From Candidatus Methylomirabilis oxygeniifera (GTDB lineage: Bacteria; Methylomirabilota; Methylomirabilia; Methylomirabilales; Methylomirabilaceae): a stretch of 32,000 nucleotides of DNA. Positions 8,191 to 17,622 of this stretch are shown piece after piece. Under the pieces are notes generated by a model. It was not told where the DNA came from. It made no database searches and worked only from the letters and a program-made list of their open reading frames with translations. The position numbers and the translations under genes are program-made. Each line of letters begins with the position of its first letter. The stretch's first letter is position 1. Where the stretch lies: assembly GCA_000091165.1 (NCBI GenBank), contig FP565575.1, forward strand, positions 1,860,001-1,892,000, given 5' to 3'.

Positions 8191-8481
8191 ATGAAACGAA
8201 AGAAAATACCCTACGGAAGTAAGTTACCTGTCAAACTCACCATTCGGGAACGCGACCTTATTCGCGATGAGACGTTCTGCCACCCCGATTTTGCGAAAGT
8301 TGCGGTTGTTGATGGCAAACGTGTTCGGGTTGATCTGTCTCTGGATGAAATCGAGGAGATTCAAGGTTTCGTAGCCGCTGAAGCTAACCACATGGAAAAC
8401 ACAAAACTCCAAAAGGAGCTTTACCGGCTTTTCGACAAACTGCAGGTTTTCCTGGACACTTACAATGATCAAGACGACTGA
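8191..8481 (+). CDS. conserved hypothetical protein (96 aa)
   Basis: ATG-initiated ORF with protein-like composition. It has the LTIRERDLI...LSLDEIEEIQGFVAAEANH pattern that I recall from uncharacterised small proteins. No clear SD. Confidence 0.5.
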   Translation: MKRKKIPYGSKLPVKLTIRERDLIRDETFCHPDFAKVAVVDGKRVRVDLSLDEIEEIQGFVAAEANHMENTKLQKELYRLFDKLQVFLDTYNDQDD

Positions 8482-8540
8482 CGCGGCAAACCCCGCACCT
8501 ACTGTATCTTTCGAGCGTAGATCTTCATGATCTCAGCGCG

Positions 8541-9560
8541 TTACCGCTTCCCCTGGTAGAACTCCTCGACGAGCGCGACGTCGGCGGCACTCCCGATGAC
8601 GACCGGCACGCGCTGGTGGCATTCCTTCGGCTCGATATCCAGAATCCGCTCGATGCCGGTGCTGGCCCGTCCTCCGGCCTGTTCGACGATATAGGCCATC
8701 GGCGCAACCTCATAGAGGAGCCGGAGCTTTCCGTTGGCATTCTTGCCGCCGCCGGCCTCGCCCGGGTACATAAATACTCCGCCTTCGAGTAGCGTACGGT
8801 GCATATCCGCGACCATCGACCCGACGTAGCGGAGCGAATACGGGCGGCCTGTCGCCTTATCCGGCGTATTCAGATAATCGACGGCCCGCTGTGTCGGCTC
8901 GATCCAACGATGGTAGTTCCCGCAATTGACGCTGTAGGTCTTGCCCCGTTGCGGAATCCGAATGTCGGGGTGTGTCAGCAGGTAGTCGTCCACCGTGTGA
9001 TCCCACGTGAAACCGTGTACGGATTGGCCGGCGGCATAGACAAACATCGTACTGGGGCCATACATAACGTAGCCGGCCGCCACCTGCTCGGTACCCTTCT
9101 GCACAATATCTATCGCGACGTGCTCCCGCCCATGACCGCGCCGGTGCCGCACCGAAAAGATGGTCCCCACCGTGCCGTTGATGTCGATGTTCGACGAGCC
9201 GTCAACCGGGTCGAAACAGACGACGTAGCTTCCGGGGAGGCAGTTCCGGTCGACGTGCAGCGGCGCCTCCATCTCTTCCGAAACCATCGTACAGACGAGC
9301 CCGGTCTCCTTCAACGCATCCAGAAACACCTCATTCGACCAGAGGTCGAGCTGGGCGACCTTCTCCCCCTGAACGTTAACCTCTCCGGTATACCCCAATC
9401 GGCCGTGCAGCGCCGCCCTGGTCACCTCCCGCGCCAGCAGCTTCGAGGCGGCGCCGATCTTGATGAGCAGCGCGCCAAGATCGCCTTCCAGCGGTGTCCG
9501 GTCGTCAAGCAGATGACGGGTCAGGGTCACGCCTTTGCTGATCATCGGATCTCCCATCAT
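8541..9560 (-). CDS. fbp: fructose-1,6-bisphosphatase class 1
   Basis: FBPase class 1 landmarks: metal-site FDPVDGSSNID, GTIFSV, and SLRYVGSMVADMHRTLLEGGVFMYP. Its start overlaps the rpiA stop (ATGA). Confidence 0.93.
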   Translation of the reverse strand: MMGDPMISKGVTLTRHLLDDRTPLEGDLGALLIKIGAASKLLAREVTRAALHGRLGYTGEVNVQGEKVAQLDLWSNEVFLDALKETGLVCTMVSEEMEAPLHVDRNCLPGSYVVCFDPVDGSSNIDINGTVGTIFSVRHRRGHGREHVAIDIVQKGTEQVAAGYVMYGPSTMFVYAAGQSVHGFTWDHTVDDYLLTHPDIRIPQRGKTYSVNCGNYHRWIEPTQRAVDYLNTPDKATGRPYSLRYVGSMVADMHRTLLEGGVFMYPGEAGGGKNANGKLRLLYEVAPMAYIVEQAGGRASTGIERILDIEPKECHQRVPVVIGSAADVALVEEFYQGKR

Positions 9561-10324
9561 CGGTCTCCGCGTTGTTGCACGTGGACCGCATCGCCGTCCT
9601 GCACTAAAACTGTGTCGGCCATCCCGATGAAGAGCCCCGTGCCGACCACCCCGGGAATCTCGAGGATCGCCCGCTCGAACGCGGCCGGGTCGGAAAGCGG
9701 CGAGATGCTGCAGTCAAGAATCTGATTGCCGTTGTCGGTCACAAACGGCTGCCCATCCTGCGTGCGAACTGCCGGACGGCACCCGAGTTCTGTGAGACAA
9801 CGCCGGCAGAGGGACAGCCCGAACGGCACGACCTCAACGGGCAGAATGCCGCGGCTCCCAAGAACCGGCACCAGCTTTTCGGCCCCCACCAGGATGACCA
9901 GGCGTCGTGACGAGGCGGCTACGATCTTTTCCCGAATCAGCGCACCGCCATAACCCTTGATCAGGTCGAGCCGGGGATCGACCTCGTCCGCACCGTCAAA
10001 TGTGATGTCGATACTTGAAACTTCTTCAAGTGTTGCCAGCGGTATCCCAAGCTGTACTGCTAACGCTGCCGTAACCTGCGACGTCGAAACCGCCGTGACT
10101 CGAAGACCCGCCTTGACCGCATCCCCCAGGGCGCGGACAAATGCGGTCGCGGCTCGCCCGGTACCCAGACCGACCACATCGCCATCCTTGATAAATTCAA
10201 GGGCCATACTGGCCATAGACACCTGCGCCCCCGGCGCACCGTTAATAGTAGAAGGCAATTGCTGCTTATCGATACCTTGCTGCTGGCTTATCATACGATT
10301 GAACGCCCCCCAAAAGTTAAGCAT
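9557..10324 (-). CDS. rpiA: ribose-5-phosphate isomerase A
   Basis: GLGTGRAATAFV, FDGADEVD and KGYGGALIREKIVA. An alternative start at 10294 would give a more typical length. Confidence 0.9.
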   Translation of the reverse strand: MLNFWGAFNRMISQQQGIDKQQLPSTINGAPGAQVSMASMALEFIKDGDVVGLGTGRAATAFVRALGDAVKAGLRVTAVSTSQVTAALAVQLGIPLATLEEVSSIDITFDGADEVDPRLDLIKGYGGALIREKIVAASSRRLVILVGAEKLVPVLGSRGILPVEVVPFGLSLCRRCLTELGCRPAVRTQDGQPFVTDNGNQILDCSISPLSDPAAFERAILEIPGVVGTGLFIGMADTVLVQDGDAVHVQQRGDR

Positions 10325-10626
10325 ACTATTTGCTCAATATTCTCAAGCGATTCACAGCTTATACTATGCGACACGTTTGGATGTCAAGGAGCGGTTCAAG
10401 CACCGAGCGCCTACAGCGAGGAGGAGGATGCGCTGTGTTATGGAGCACCGTCGCGTGCTATAAACGAAACATTATAATGTATTCAATAATTTTCTATTTG
10501 ACCTTATGTTATGAACTGGTAACTTAAGGTCCGGTACGGGAGGGGTCCGGTTCTGATCGGACGTAACGAGATATACCGTCACCGTCCAGTATCCCCGTAG
10601 AAACGGGACAACAGAACGAACGGTAG

Positions 10627-12132
<1,506 letters not shown>

Positions 12133-12151
12133 GTGAGAAGGGAGGAACAGT

Positions 12152-12574
12152 ATGCGAATCACCCAAGGTACGTTCTCGTTCCTGGCTGATCTGACCGACG
12201 ACCAGATCAGAAAGCAGGTAGAGTATGCATTGAACAATAAATGGGCCGTCAGTGTCGAGTTTACGGATGACCCGCATCCCCGCAATACGTTCTGGGAAAT
12301 GTGGGGGTTGCCGATGTTCGACCTGGAAGACCCGGCGGGGGTCATGTATGAGATCGATGCTTGCCGCAAGGCCTATCCCAACCACTATATCAAGGTGAAC
12401 GCCTTCGACCATAACAAAGGTTGGGAAACCATCCGTCTGTCGTTCATTATCCATCGGCCGCCGCATGAGCCGGGCTTTGGCCTTGTGCGCCAGGAAGTCA
12501 AAGGCCGCACCGTCAACTATGTCGTGCACAGCTATGCTACCGACAAGCCGGAGGGCGCGCGGTATACGGACTGA
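12152..12574 (+). CDS. cbbS: RuBisCO small subunit (red-type with C-terminal extension)
   Basis: [14 protein letters not shown]-type N-terminus and [11 protein letters not shown]. It lies 19 nt downstream of cbbL with a GGAGGA SD. Confidence 0.95.
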   Translation: MRITQGTFSFLADLTDDQIRKQVEYALNNKWAVSVEFTDDPHPRNTFWEMWGLPMFDLEDPAGVMYEIDACRKAYPNHYIKVNAFDHNKGWETIRLSFIIHRPPHEPGFGLVRQEVKGRTVNYVVHSYATDKPEGARYTD

Positions 12575-12592
12575 GCACCGATCGGCAATCCT

Positions 12593-12626
12593 GGGAAGGG
12601 AAGGGGGTTCAACCCCTTCCCTTCCC
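12593..12626 (+). promoter_or_regulatory. perfect 14-bp GC-rich stem-loop between cbbS and cbbX
   Basis: GGGAAGGGAAGGGG (12593-12606), loop GTTCAA, then CCCCTTCCCTTCCC (12613-26), with every pair Watson-Crick. It lies 19 nt after the cbbS stop. No U-tract follows, so it is not a canonical intrinsic terminator. Confidence 0.6.
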
Positions 12627-12669
12627 ACACTGTACAGCCACAAGTAATCGTTGTAGATCTGCAAAGGCT

Positions 12670-12710
12670 CCCCTCACCCCAGCCCTCTCCCCCAAAAGGG
12701 GGCGAGGGGG
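12670..12710. repeat. REP-like GC-rich imperfect palindrome
   Basis: CCCTCTCCCCC (12683-93), AAAA, then GGGGGCGAGGG (12698-708) form 11 bp with one mismatch. The right arm can alternatively pair with TCCCCTCACCCC at 12670-81. A similar TCCCCTCGCCC...GGGCGCGAGTGGGGA element occurs at about 28984-29030. Confidence 0.4.
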
Positions 12711-12727
12711 ATTGAACGAGGAAGTCG

Positions 12728-13690
12728 ATGAGTGACGCGAACGTCGAACATATCCCCGAAGAAAATGCTCCGTCCCAACTCTCTGATGAGACGCCGGTAG
12801 ATCTTGATAGCGTCTTTCGCGATTCCCAGATTCAGGAGATCCTTGATAAGCTTGACCGGGAACTGGTCGGTCTGAAGCCGATTAAGACCCGAATTCGAGA
12901 AATCGCAGCCTTACTGCTCGTTGATAGGGTGCGGAAAAGCCTGGGTCTGATGTCAGGCCCGCCCAGCCTCCATATGTGCTTTACCGGCAATCCCGGTACA
13001 GGCAAGACCACCGTCGCGATGCGGATGGCCGAGATTCTGCACCGCCTGGGTTACATCCGTAAGTGCAACTTGGCGGCGGTCACGCGGGACGATCTCGTGG
13101 GCCAGTACATCGGACACACCGCACCGAAGACCAAAGAGGTCTTGAAGAGAGCGATGGGCGGCGTGTTGTTTATCGACGAAGCCTATTATCTCTACCGTTC
13201 GGAGAATGAGCGTGATTACGGCCAGGAGTCGATCGAGATCCTGCTCCAGGTTATGGAGAATCAGCGAGAGGACCTCGTGGTCATCCTGGCCGGTTACAAG
13301 GACCGCATGGAAACATTCTTCCAGGGCAATCCGGGGATGTCCTCCCGCGTCGCGCATCACTTGGATTTTCCGAACTACTCGGCGGAAGAGTTGATCGCAA
13401 TCGCCAAGCTGATGTTGGAGAAGCAACAATACCGTTTCAGCCCAGACGCTGAAAAGGTCTTTTATGAATATCTTCTCAAGCGCATGAAGCTGCCCAACTT
13501 CGCCAATGCCCGCAGTGTGCGGAATGCCCTTGATCGGGCCCGTCTGCGTCAGGCCAATCGCCTGTTCGCACAGCACAAAGACACGCTGACGAAAAAGGAT
13601 CTGGTCACGATTGAGGCCGAAGATATCCTTGTCAGTCGTGTATTCAAGGATAATCAGCCGGATTCCAATCAGACAGCAGATCACGAGTAG
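12728..13690 (+). CDS. cbbX: CbbX, AAA+ red-type RuBisCO activase
   Basis: Walker A GNPGTGKT, Walker B VLFIDEAY, and sensor region [17 protein letters not shown]. Its position immediately after cbbLS is the classic arrangement. Confidence 0.93.
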   Translation: MSDANVEHIPEENAPSQLSDETPVDLDSVFRDSQIQEILDKLDRELVGLKPIKTRIREIAALLLVDRVRKSLGLMSGPPSLHMCFTGNPGTGKTTVAMRMAEILHRLGYIRKCNLAAVTRDDLVGQYIGHTAPKTKEVLKRAMGGVLFIDEAYYLYRSENERDYGQESIEILLQVMENQREDLVVILAGYKDRMETFFQGNPGMSSRVAHHLDFPNYSAEELIAIAKLMLEKQQYRFSPDAEKVFYEYLLKRMKLPNFANARSVRNALDRARLRQANRLFAQHKDTLTKKDLVTIEAEDILVSRVFKDNQPDSNQTADHE

Positions 13691-13694
13691 CGCG

Positions 13695-15191
13695 ATGATT
13701 GATGTCGCGACCCTCCGCCGTATCCCCCGGTGCATGAGTACCCAGCACCCGGACAACGTGACCGTCCCCTTCTTCGCCCAAGGACCTGTGATGGAGGGGA
13801 TGGACGAAATCCGGGAGGCGTACTACGCCTTCTCTCATTTAGGCTGCGATGAGCAGATGTGGGACTTCGAGGGGAAGGAGGTCGATGACTTCGTCGTCGA
13901 GAAGCTCCTGACGACCTACGAGGGGTTTTTCAGGGCGTTTCCCCTGGGACGGGAGATGTTCCTGACCTTACGAGTTCCAAACCCTGCGGTGGAAAAATCG
14001 CAGGGGAAAATCCTCCTTGAAGTTCTCCAGGGAATCCCCAGAGCCAACGACGTAGCCCGCCTTTTCTATGGGGAGGATGTCGCCCCCATCTTCGAAATCA
14101 TCTTCCCCATGACCACCTCGGCGGAGGAACTGGACCGTGTGCACCGGTACTATCAGGTCTTCGTCACGGGGAAGGGGGAGGCGGTCATGACCCCCGGTGA
14201 TATCCCTCTCAAAGAGTGGATTGGCGAGTTCCACCCCGCCGCGATTCAGATCATCCCCTTAATCGAGGATAAGGAGTCGCTGCTTCAGGCCGATGCTATT
14301 GTCCGCACGTATCTTCAGGACAAAGACCTCTCGTGCCAGCGCGTCTTCCTGGCCCGCTCCGATCCGGCCTTGAACTATGGCAGCCTGGCGGCCAGACTCC
14401 TGGTCAAGGTGGCCTTGAGCCGCCTGGACAGCCTGGAGCAGGAGCTTGGCATCCCTATTTATCCGATCTTCGGGGCCGGCAGCGCCCCGTTTCGAGGTAA
14501 CTTCCGACCTGACACCGTGGAACGAAACCTGGCTGAGCATCCGAGCGTTCAGACGTTTACGATCCAGTCAGCCTTCAAATACGACCATCCGGCTCCTGCG
14601 ATCATCCAGGCCATCGAGACCTTGAAGAGCACGCCCAGAAAGCGCGCCCAACCGATAGAGCCGGAGGGGAAGATCCTCGATCTGATTGAGCGAATCTCCG
14701 CGTGCTACCAGCGCCAAGTGAGAGCAATCGCCCCCCTGCTGAACGACGTCGCCCCAGCCGTCCCCCGGCGGCGGATGCGGAAGCTTCACATCGGTCTGTT
14801 TGGCTACAGCCGGAGTATCGGCGGAATCTCGCTTCCCAGAGCCATCTCCTTCTGCGCCGCCCTCTACTCCATAGGCCTCCCCCCTGAGATTCTCGGCCTC
14901 TCCTGTCTCAATCAGAACGATCTGACCCTTCTGAGGGAGGTCGATCCGGGGTTCGAAGCCGACCTCGGAGATGCCCTCCAGCATCTGAACGATGAGGTGT
15001 ACACCTTCCTCCCCTCCACTGAAGCGGAAGAGATTCGGAGGACTGTCCAACTCCTTCGTCCTACTCTCTCCCAGGATCATGCCCACCGTGAGGTCACAGC
15101 AACGATTATCAGGCGGGTTGGGAAGGGACACAGCAAGGACCTCGGCGATCTCATCCTCCGGGCGGCTTGGATTCGAAAGTTTTTGGGCTGA
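13695..15191 (+). CDS. ppcA: archaeal-type phosphoenolpyruvate carboxylase (PpcA family)
   Basis: The N-terminal IPRCMSTQHPDN motif is characteristic of the short archaeal-type PEPC, and the ~498 aa length fits. I chose the ATG at 13695, 4 nt after the cbbX stop, rather than the 13611 start in the ORF track, which would overlap cbbX. Confidence 0.85.
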   Translation: MIDVATLRRIPRCMSTQHPDNVTVPFFAQGPVMEGMDEIREAYYAFSHLGCDEQMWDFEGKEVDDFVVEKLLTTYEGFFRAFPLGREMFLTLRVPNPAVEKSQGKILLEVLQGIPRANDVARLFYGEDVAPIFEIIFPMTTSAEELDRVHRYYQVFVTGKGEAVMTPGDIPLKEWIGEFHPAAIQIIPLIEDKESLLQADAIVRTYLQDKDLSCQRVFLARSDPALNYGSLAARLLVKVALSRLDSLEQELGIPIYPIFGAGSAPFRGNFRPDTVERNLAEHPSVQTFTIQSAFKYDHPAPAIIQAIETLKSTPRKRAQPIEPEGKILDLIERISACYQRQVRAIAPLLNDVAPAVPRRRMRKLHIGLFGYSRSIGGISLPRAISFCAALYSIGLPPEILGLSCLNQNDLTLLREVDPGFEADLGDALQHLNDEVYTFLPSTEAEEIRRTVQLLRPTLSQDHAHREVTATIIRRVGKGHSKDLGDLILRAAWIRKFLG

Positions 15192-15227
15192 AGAGGGCGG
15201 CATTGAGGCAACGGTCAATAAATTCAG

Positions 15228-15857
15228 ATGATCTCCGCACGGGAAACACTCGAACGCCTTCGTGAGGGAAACCGCCGTTTCGCCTCGAACGTGCGGAGTC
15301 TCGATACGCTTCTGAGCCAGACCAGACGTGGTGAGCTCCAGACAGGTCAGCGGCCTGTTGCAATCGTACTTGGCTGTTCAGATTCACGTGTCCCAGCAGA
15401 GATCGTATTCGACCAGGGGCTCGGCGATCTCTTCGTCATCCGGGTTGCCGGCAATATCGTCGCCCCGTGCCTGGTCGGGAGTGTCGAGTTCGCTGCTGCT
15501 CAGTTTGGAACACGTCTGGTAGTTGTACTTGGCCATTCCCGGTGCAGCGCTATTCTGGCCACATTAGAGGCGCTGAGGCAGCCTACGATGATCCATTCCC
15601 ACAATCTGTACTCCATCATCGATCATATCCGCCCGTCAGTCGAGATCCTCCTCAGCGCTGAACTCCAGCACGATACGAACGACCTTATTCGAGATGCGGT
15701 TCGGGCTAACGTCCTCGCCTCTGCCAACCACCTGCGGCACGGCTCTGAGCTTCTTGAGAAGCTAATCCTCAATGACGGCCTCGTTGTCGTTGGCGCTGAG
15801 TACTCCCTCGAGACAGGTCTGGTTGAATTCTTTGATGGCGTACCGGATGCCGACTGA
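15228..15857 (+). CDS. beta-class carbonic anhydrase
   Basis: Zinc and active-site motifs CSDSRV, VIRVAGN and GHSRC, plus the N-terminal LREGNRRF typical of beta-CAs. Confidence 0.9.
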   Translation: MISARETLERLREGNRRFASNVRSLDTLLSQTRRGELQTGQRPVAIVLGCSDSRVPAEIVFDQGLGDLFVIRVAGNIVAPCLVGSVEFAAAQFGTRLVVVLGHSRCSAILATLEALRQPTMIHSHNLYSIIDHIRPSVEILLSAELQHDTNDLIRDAVRANVLASANHLRHGSELLEKLILNDGLVVVGAEYSLETGLVEFFDGVPDAD

Positions 15858-15859
15858 CT

Positions 15860-16200
15860 CCTGATCGTCCTTGCGCAGCGCTGAAGCACCGCAATGCGCG
15901 CAGACCGGCATCGGCATTTTCGCGTGATGGCATGATCTAAATGTCATATCCATGGTGGCGCAAGGATAGCCGTGGGCGGCCAGCGCATTGGCGCCGGCGA
16001 GAAAGAATCTAACCTTCTCGTCGACTCAGGCGTGTCACATGTCTCTGTAGTCTTCGTTCAGCATCGTGTCGCCTGCTCAGGGACGCGACTTCCCTGGTCA
16101 GCGGCCAGACCAGTCCAATTCGTTCCGCGGGAGTTCCGGGAACGGGAGCCTCTTTCTGCCGGTCGGCCATCCGGTATGTGGCTGTACGTTGCTTGTTCAT
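15860..16200 (-). pseudogene. nucleotidyltransferase-fold gene, frameshifted and 3'-truncated
   Basis: From the ATG at 16200 the reading is MNKQRT...TPAERIGLVWPLTREVASLSRRHDAERRLQRHVTRLSRREG, ending at a stop at 16009. A different frame continues VRFFLAGANALAAHGYPCATMDMTF, a degenerate hGG...DxD motif. That reading runs into the convergent carbonic anhydrase 3' end. Confidence 0.5.
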
Positions 16201-16261
16201 GGGGTCACAATACGCTTCCGGAAAAAGGGAATAAAGGCTGACCGCACCTCCAACGTGAGCG

Positions 16262-16603
16262 TCAGCCGCGTGCGCGGAGCGAAGCAGAGCGCGCGTTGGC
16301 TGGACGCGGTGTTGGGCGCAGCCTTGCTCGCCCCACCTTGATGGGGACTTGAAGGCCCACGCGCGGCGCCGGTAATCCACGCAACAATCCTTCAACGCTG
16401 AGGTCTTCGTCTACAGCCGGCCAGTGGATTCCGTATCCGCCACCGGCGATCTTCCATTTTGCGCGCTGTTGGGGTGTTGCATGCAATAACCGAGGATACC
16501 AAGCTAAAGGCACAATAATGGTTCGGCCGTCAAGCAACTCGACGCGGAGCGTGTCTCGCGTGCAGCGCACACTCTTAACTCGTTGACCCGGTTGCATGTC
16601 CAT
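16262..16603 (-). CDS. DUF2442 family protein
   Basis: VKSVRCTRDTLRVELLDGRTIIVPLAWYPRLLHATPQQRAKWKIAGGGYGIHWPAVDEDLSVEGLL matches the DUF2442 pattern. ATG at 16603 with AAGGTGG 10 nt upstream; it overlaps the upstream gene by 29 nt. Confidence 0.8.
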   Translation of the reverse strand: MDMQPGQRVKSVRCTRDTLRVELLDGRTIIVPLAWYPRLLHATPQQRAKWKIAGGGYGIHWPAVDEDLSVEGLLRGLPAPRVGLQVPIKVGRARLRPTPRPANARSASLRARG

Positions 16604-16832
16604 ACTCTTTGTACCACCTTTCAAGCAGTTGAGTTTGATGCTCGCGTACCACCTTTTCGATTTTGCGCAACTCTCTGGCGTTGAAGCCGAGGTTGCTGGC
16701 GAGTGCTATTGGATTGAGCCAGAACTTGGCGGATAAGTCATCTCGGTCAACATGAACGTGAGGCGGCTCATCGATCAAGTCGTGGCCGTAAAAGTAGAAT
16801 CGGTACGGTCCGATTCGTAGCACCGTGGGCAT
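16575..16832 (-). CDS. DUF4160 family protein
   Basis: MPTVLRIGPYRFYFYGHDLIDEPPHVHV...AKFWLNPI is the hallmark DUF4160 N-terminus. It is paired with a DUF2442 gene, the common arrangement. Confidence 0.85.
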   Translation of the reverse strand: MPTVLRIGPYRFYFYGHDLIDEPPHVHVDRDDLSAKFWLNPIALASNLGFNARELRKIEKVVREHQTQLLERWYKEYGHATGSTS

Positions 16833-16838
16833 ACGGGA

Positions 16839-16868
16839 ATATTACTGGTAGTGTAGACAGTATGTCAA
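16839..16868 (-). promoter_or_regulatory. sigma70-like promoter for DUF4160/DUF2442, implying a leaderless mRNA
   Basis: On the minus strand: -35 TTGACA (16868-16863), an 18-nt spacer, then -10 TAATAT (16844-16839). Only 6 nt separate the -10 from the ATG at 16832, and there is no SD. Confidence 0.4.
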
Positions 16869-16902
16869 ACGTAAGTGGAGTACCCAACAATAATTAGAAT
16901 GA

Positions 16903-16931
16903 TCCGCATAAGATGCGGAGTTTCGTTTTCC
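16903..16931. terminator. short hairpin with T-rich tail
   Basis: TCCGCAT (16903-09), AAG, ATGCGGA (16913-19), followed on the plus strand by GTTTCGTTTTCC. It sits between the intI remnant and the DUF4160 promoter. The functional strand is ambiguous. Confidence 0.35.
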
Positions 16932-17062
16932 TGTCGTCATATCACACCTTAGGAGCGCCGCACCGTGGCACACGCATTTCCTTATTTTCCGCCGGTTGCG
17001 TGCGATCCAGCAGTGTATCACGGCTTCGTATGCGGATCGGCATAATAACCTCCTTGCTGACC

Positions 17063-17437
17063 TTATAGCCCGTCAACCGGACTGCGAACGCCCACTGGTC
17101 CACGGTTGAGGACATGGGTGTACATCATCGTTGTCTTTACGTCGCTATGGCCGAGGAGTTCCTGGACAGGTCGAATATCGTAGCCGCCTTCAAGCACGTG
17201 CGTGGCAAATGCCGGGTGGCGCTTCCCGTGGAAGAAGATGAACCGCTTGATCCACCCAATATAGGTATCTTCTGTCCGGCGGCTGTAGTGGCGAGCGCGA
17301 ATCGCCAGGCGCACCTGGTCAAGGAGCTTGGGCTTCGCGGGAGAGGGTGACGAAGGCGTGAGCACGGCAGTAGTCCACCTGCCAGCATGCTGATGCGAGA
17401 GGTCCTGGATGACCCCCGTTGCAGTGGGATTGCCCAT
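17063..17437 (-). pseudogene. intI: integron integrase with in-frame internal deletion
   Basis: Residues 38-76 ([39 protein letters not shown]) resemble the IntI N-terminus. They are joined directly to [48 protein letters not shown], the IntI C-terminus including the GVRSP(L/V)D end. About 200+ aa of catalytic core are missing, with the junction near 17209. The AAGGAGGA SD is retained. Confidence 0.8.
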
Positions 17438-17530
17438 ACAGTCCTCCTTTCTGAAAGGAAGGCTCAGTTACGTGTCATACGCCAAACCTGAGAGGCGGTC
17501 AAGGATTTTCGTTGTGCGATTGCTTTTTCC

Positions 17531-17558
17531 TTGACACTCGTGTCAACCAAGCTATGGT
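17531..17558 (+). promoter_or_regulatory. candidate alr promoter embedded in a perfect palindrome
   Basis: -35 TTGACA (17531-36), a 16-nt spacer, then -10 TATGGT (17553-58). TTGACAC-TC-GTGTCAA (17531-46) is a perfect 7-2-7 palindrome, so it also presents TTGACA on the minus strand toward intI. Confidence 0.35.
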
Positions 17559-17622
17559 TGAACGCAGGCGTATCCGCGATGGGATAGAAGCTATTTGACC
17601 TTTAGAGACAGAGTAGAAATGA

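Noticed and set aside
12593-12626. The cbbS-cbbX hairpin, considered as a canonical Rho-independent terminator.
   Set aside because: There is no U-tract after the stem (ACACTGTACAGCC follows). I kept it as a regulatory or processing structure instead.
13611-13694. The upstream start for the PEP carboxylase ORF, overlapping cbbX by 80 nt.
   Set aside because: The overlap lies within the cbbX coding sequence. The conserved family N-terminus (IPR.MSTQHPDN) begins just after the ATG at 13695.
15762-15953. A 63-aa minus-strand ORF overlapping the carbonic anhydrase 3' end, together with the N-terminal 65 codons of the 16009-16395(-) ORF.
   Set aside because: The first is the out-of-frame continuation of the broken nucleotidyltransferase gene. 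The second overlaps the DUF2442 gene and lacks any motif. Only the part from the ATG at 16200 looks genuine.
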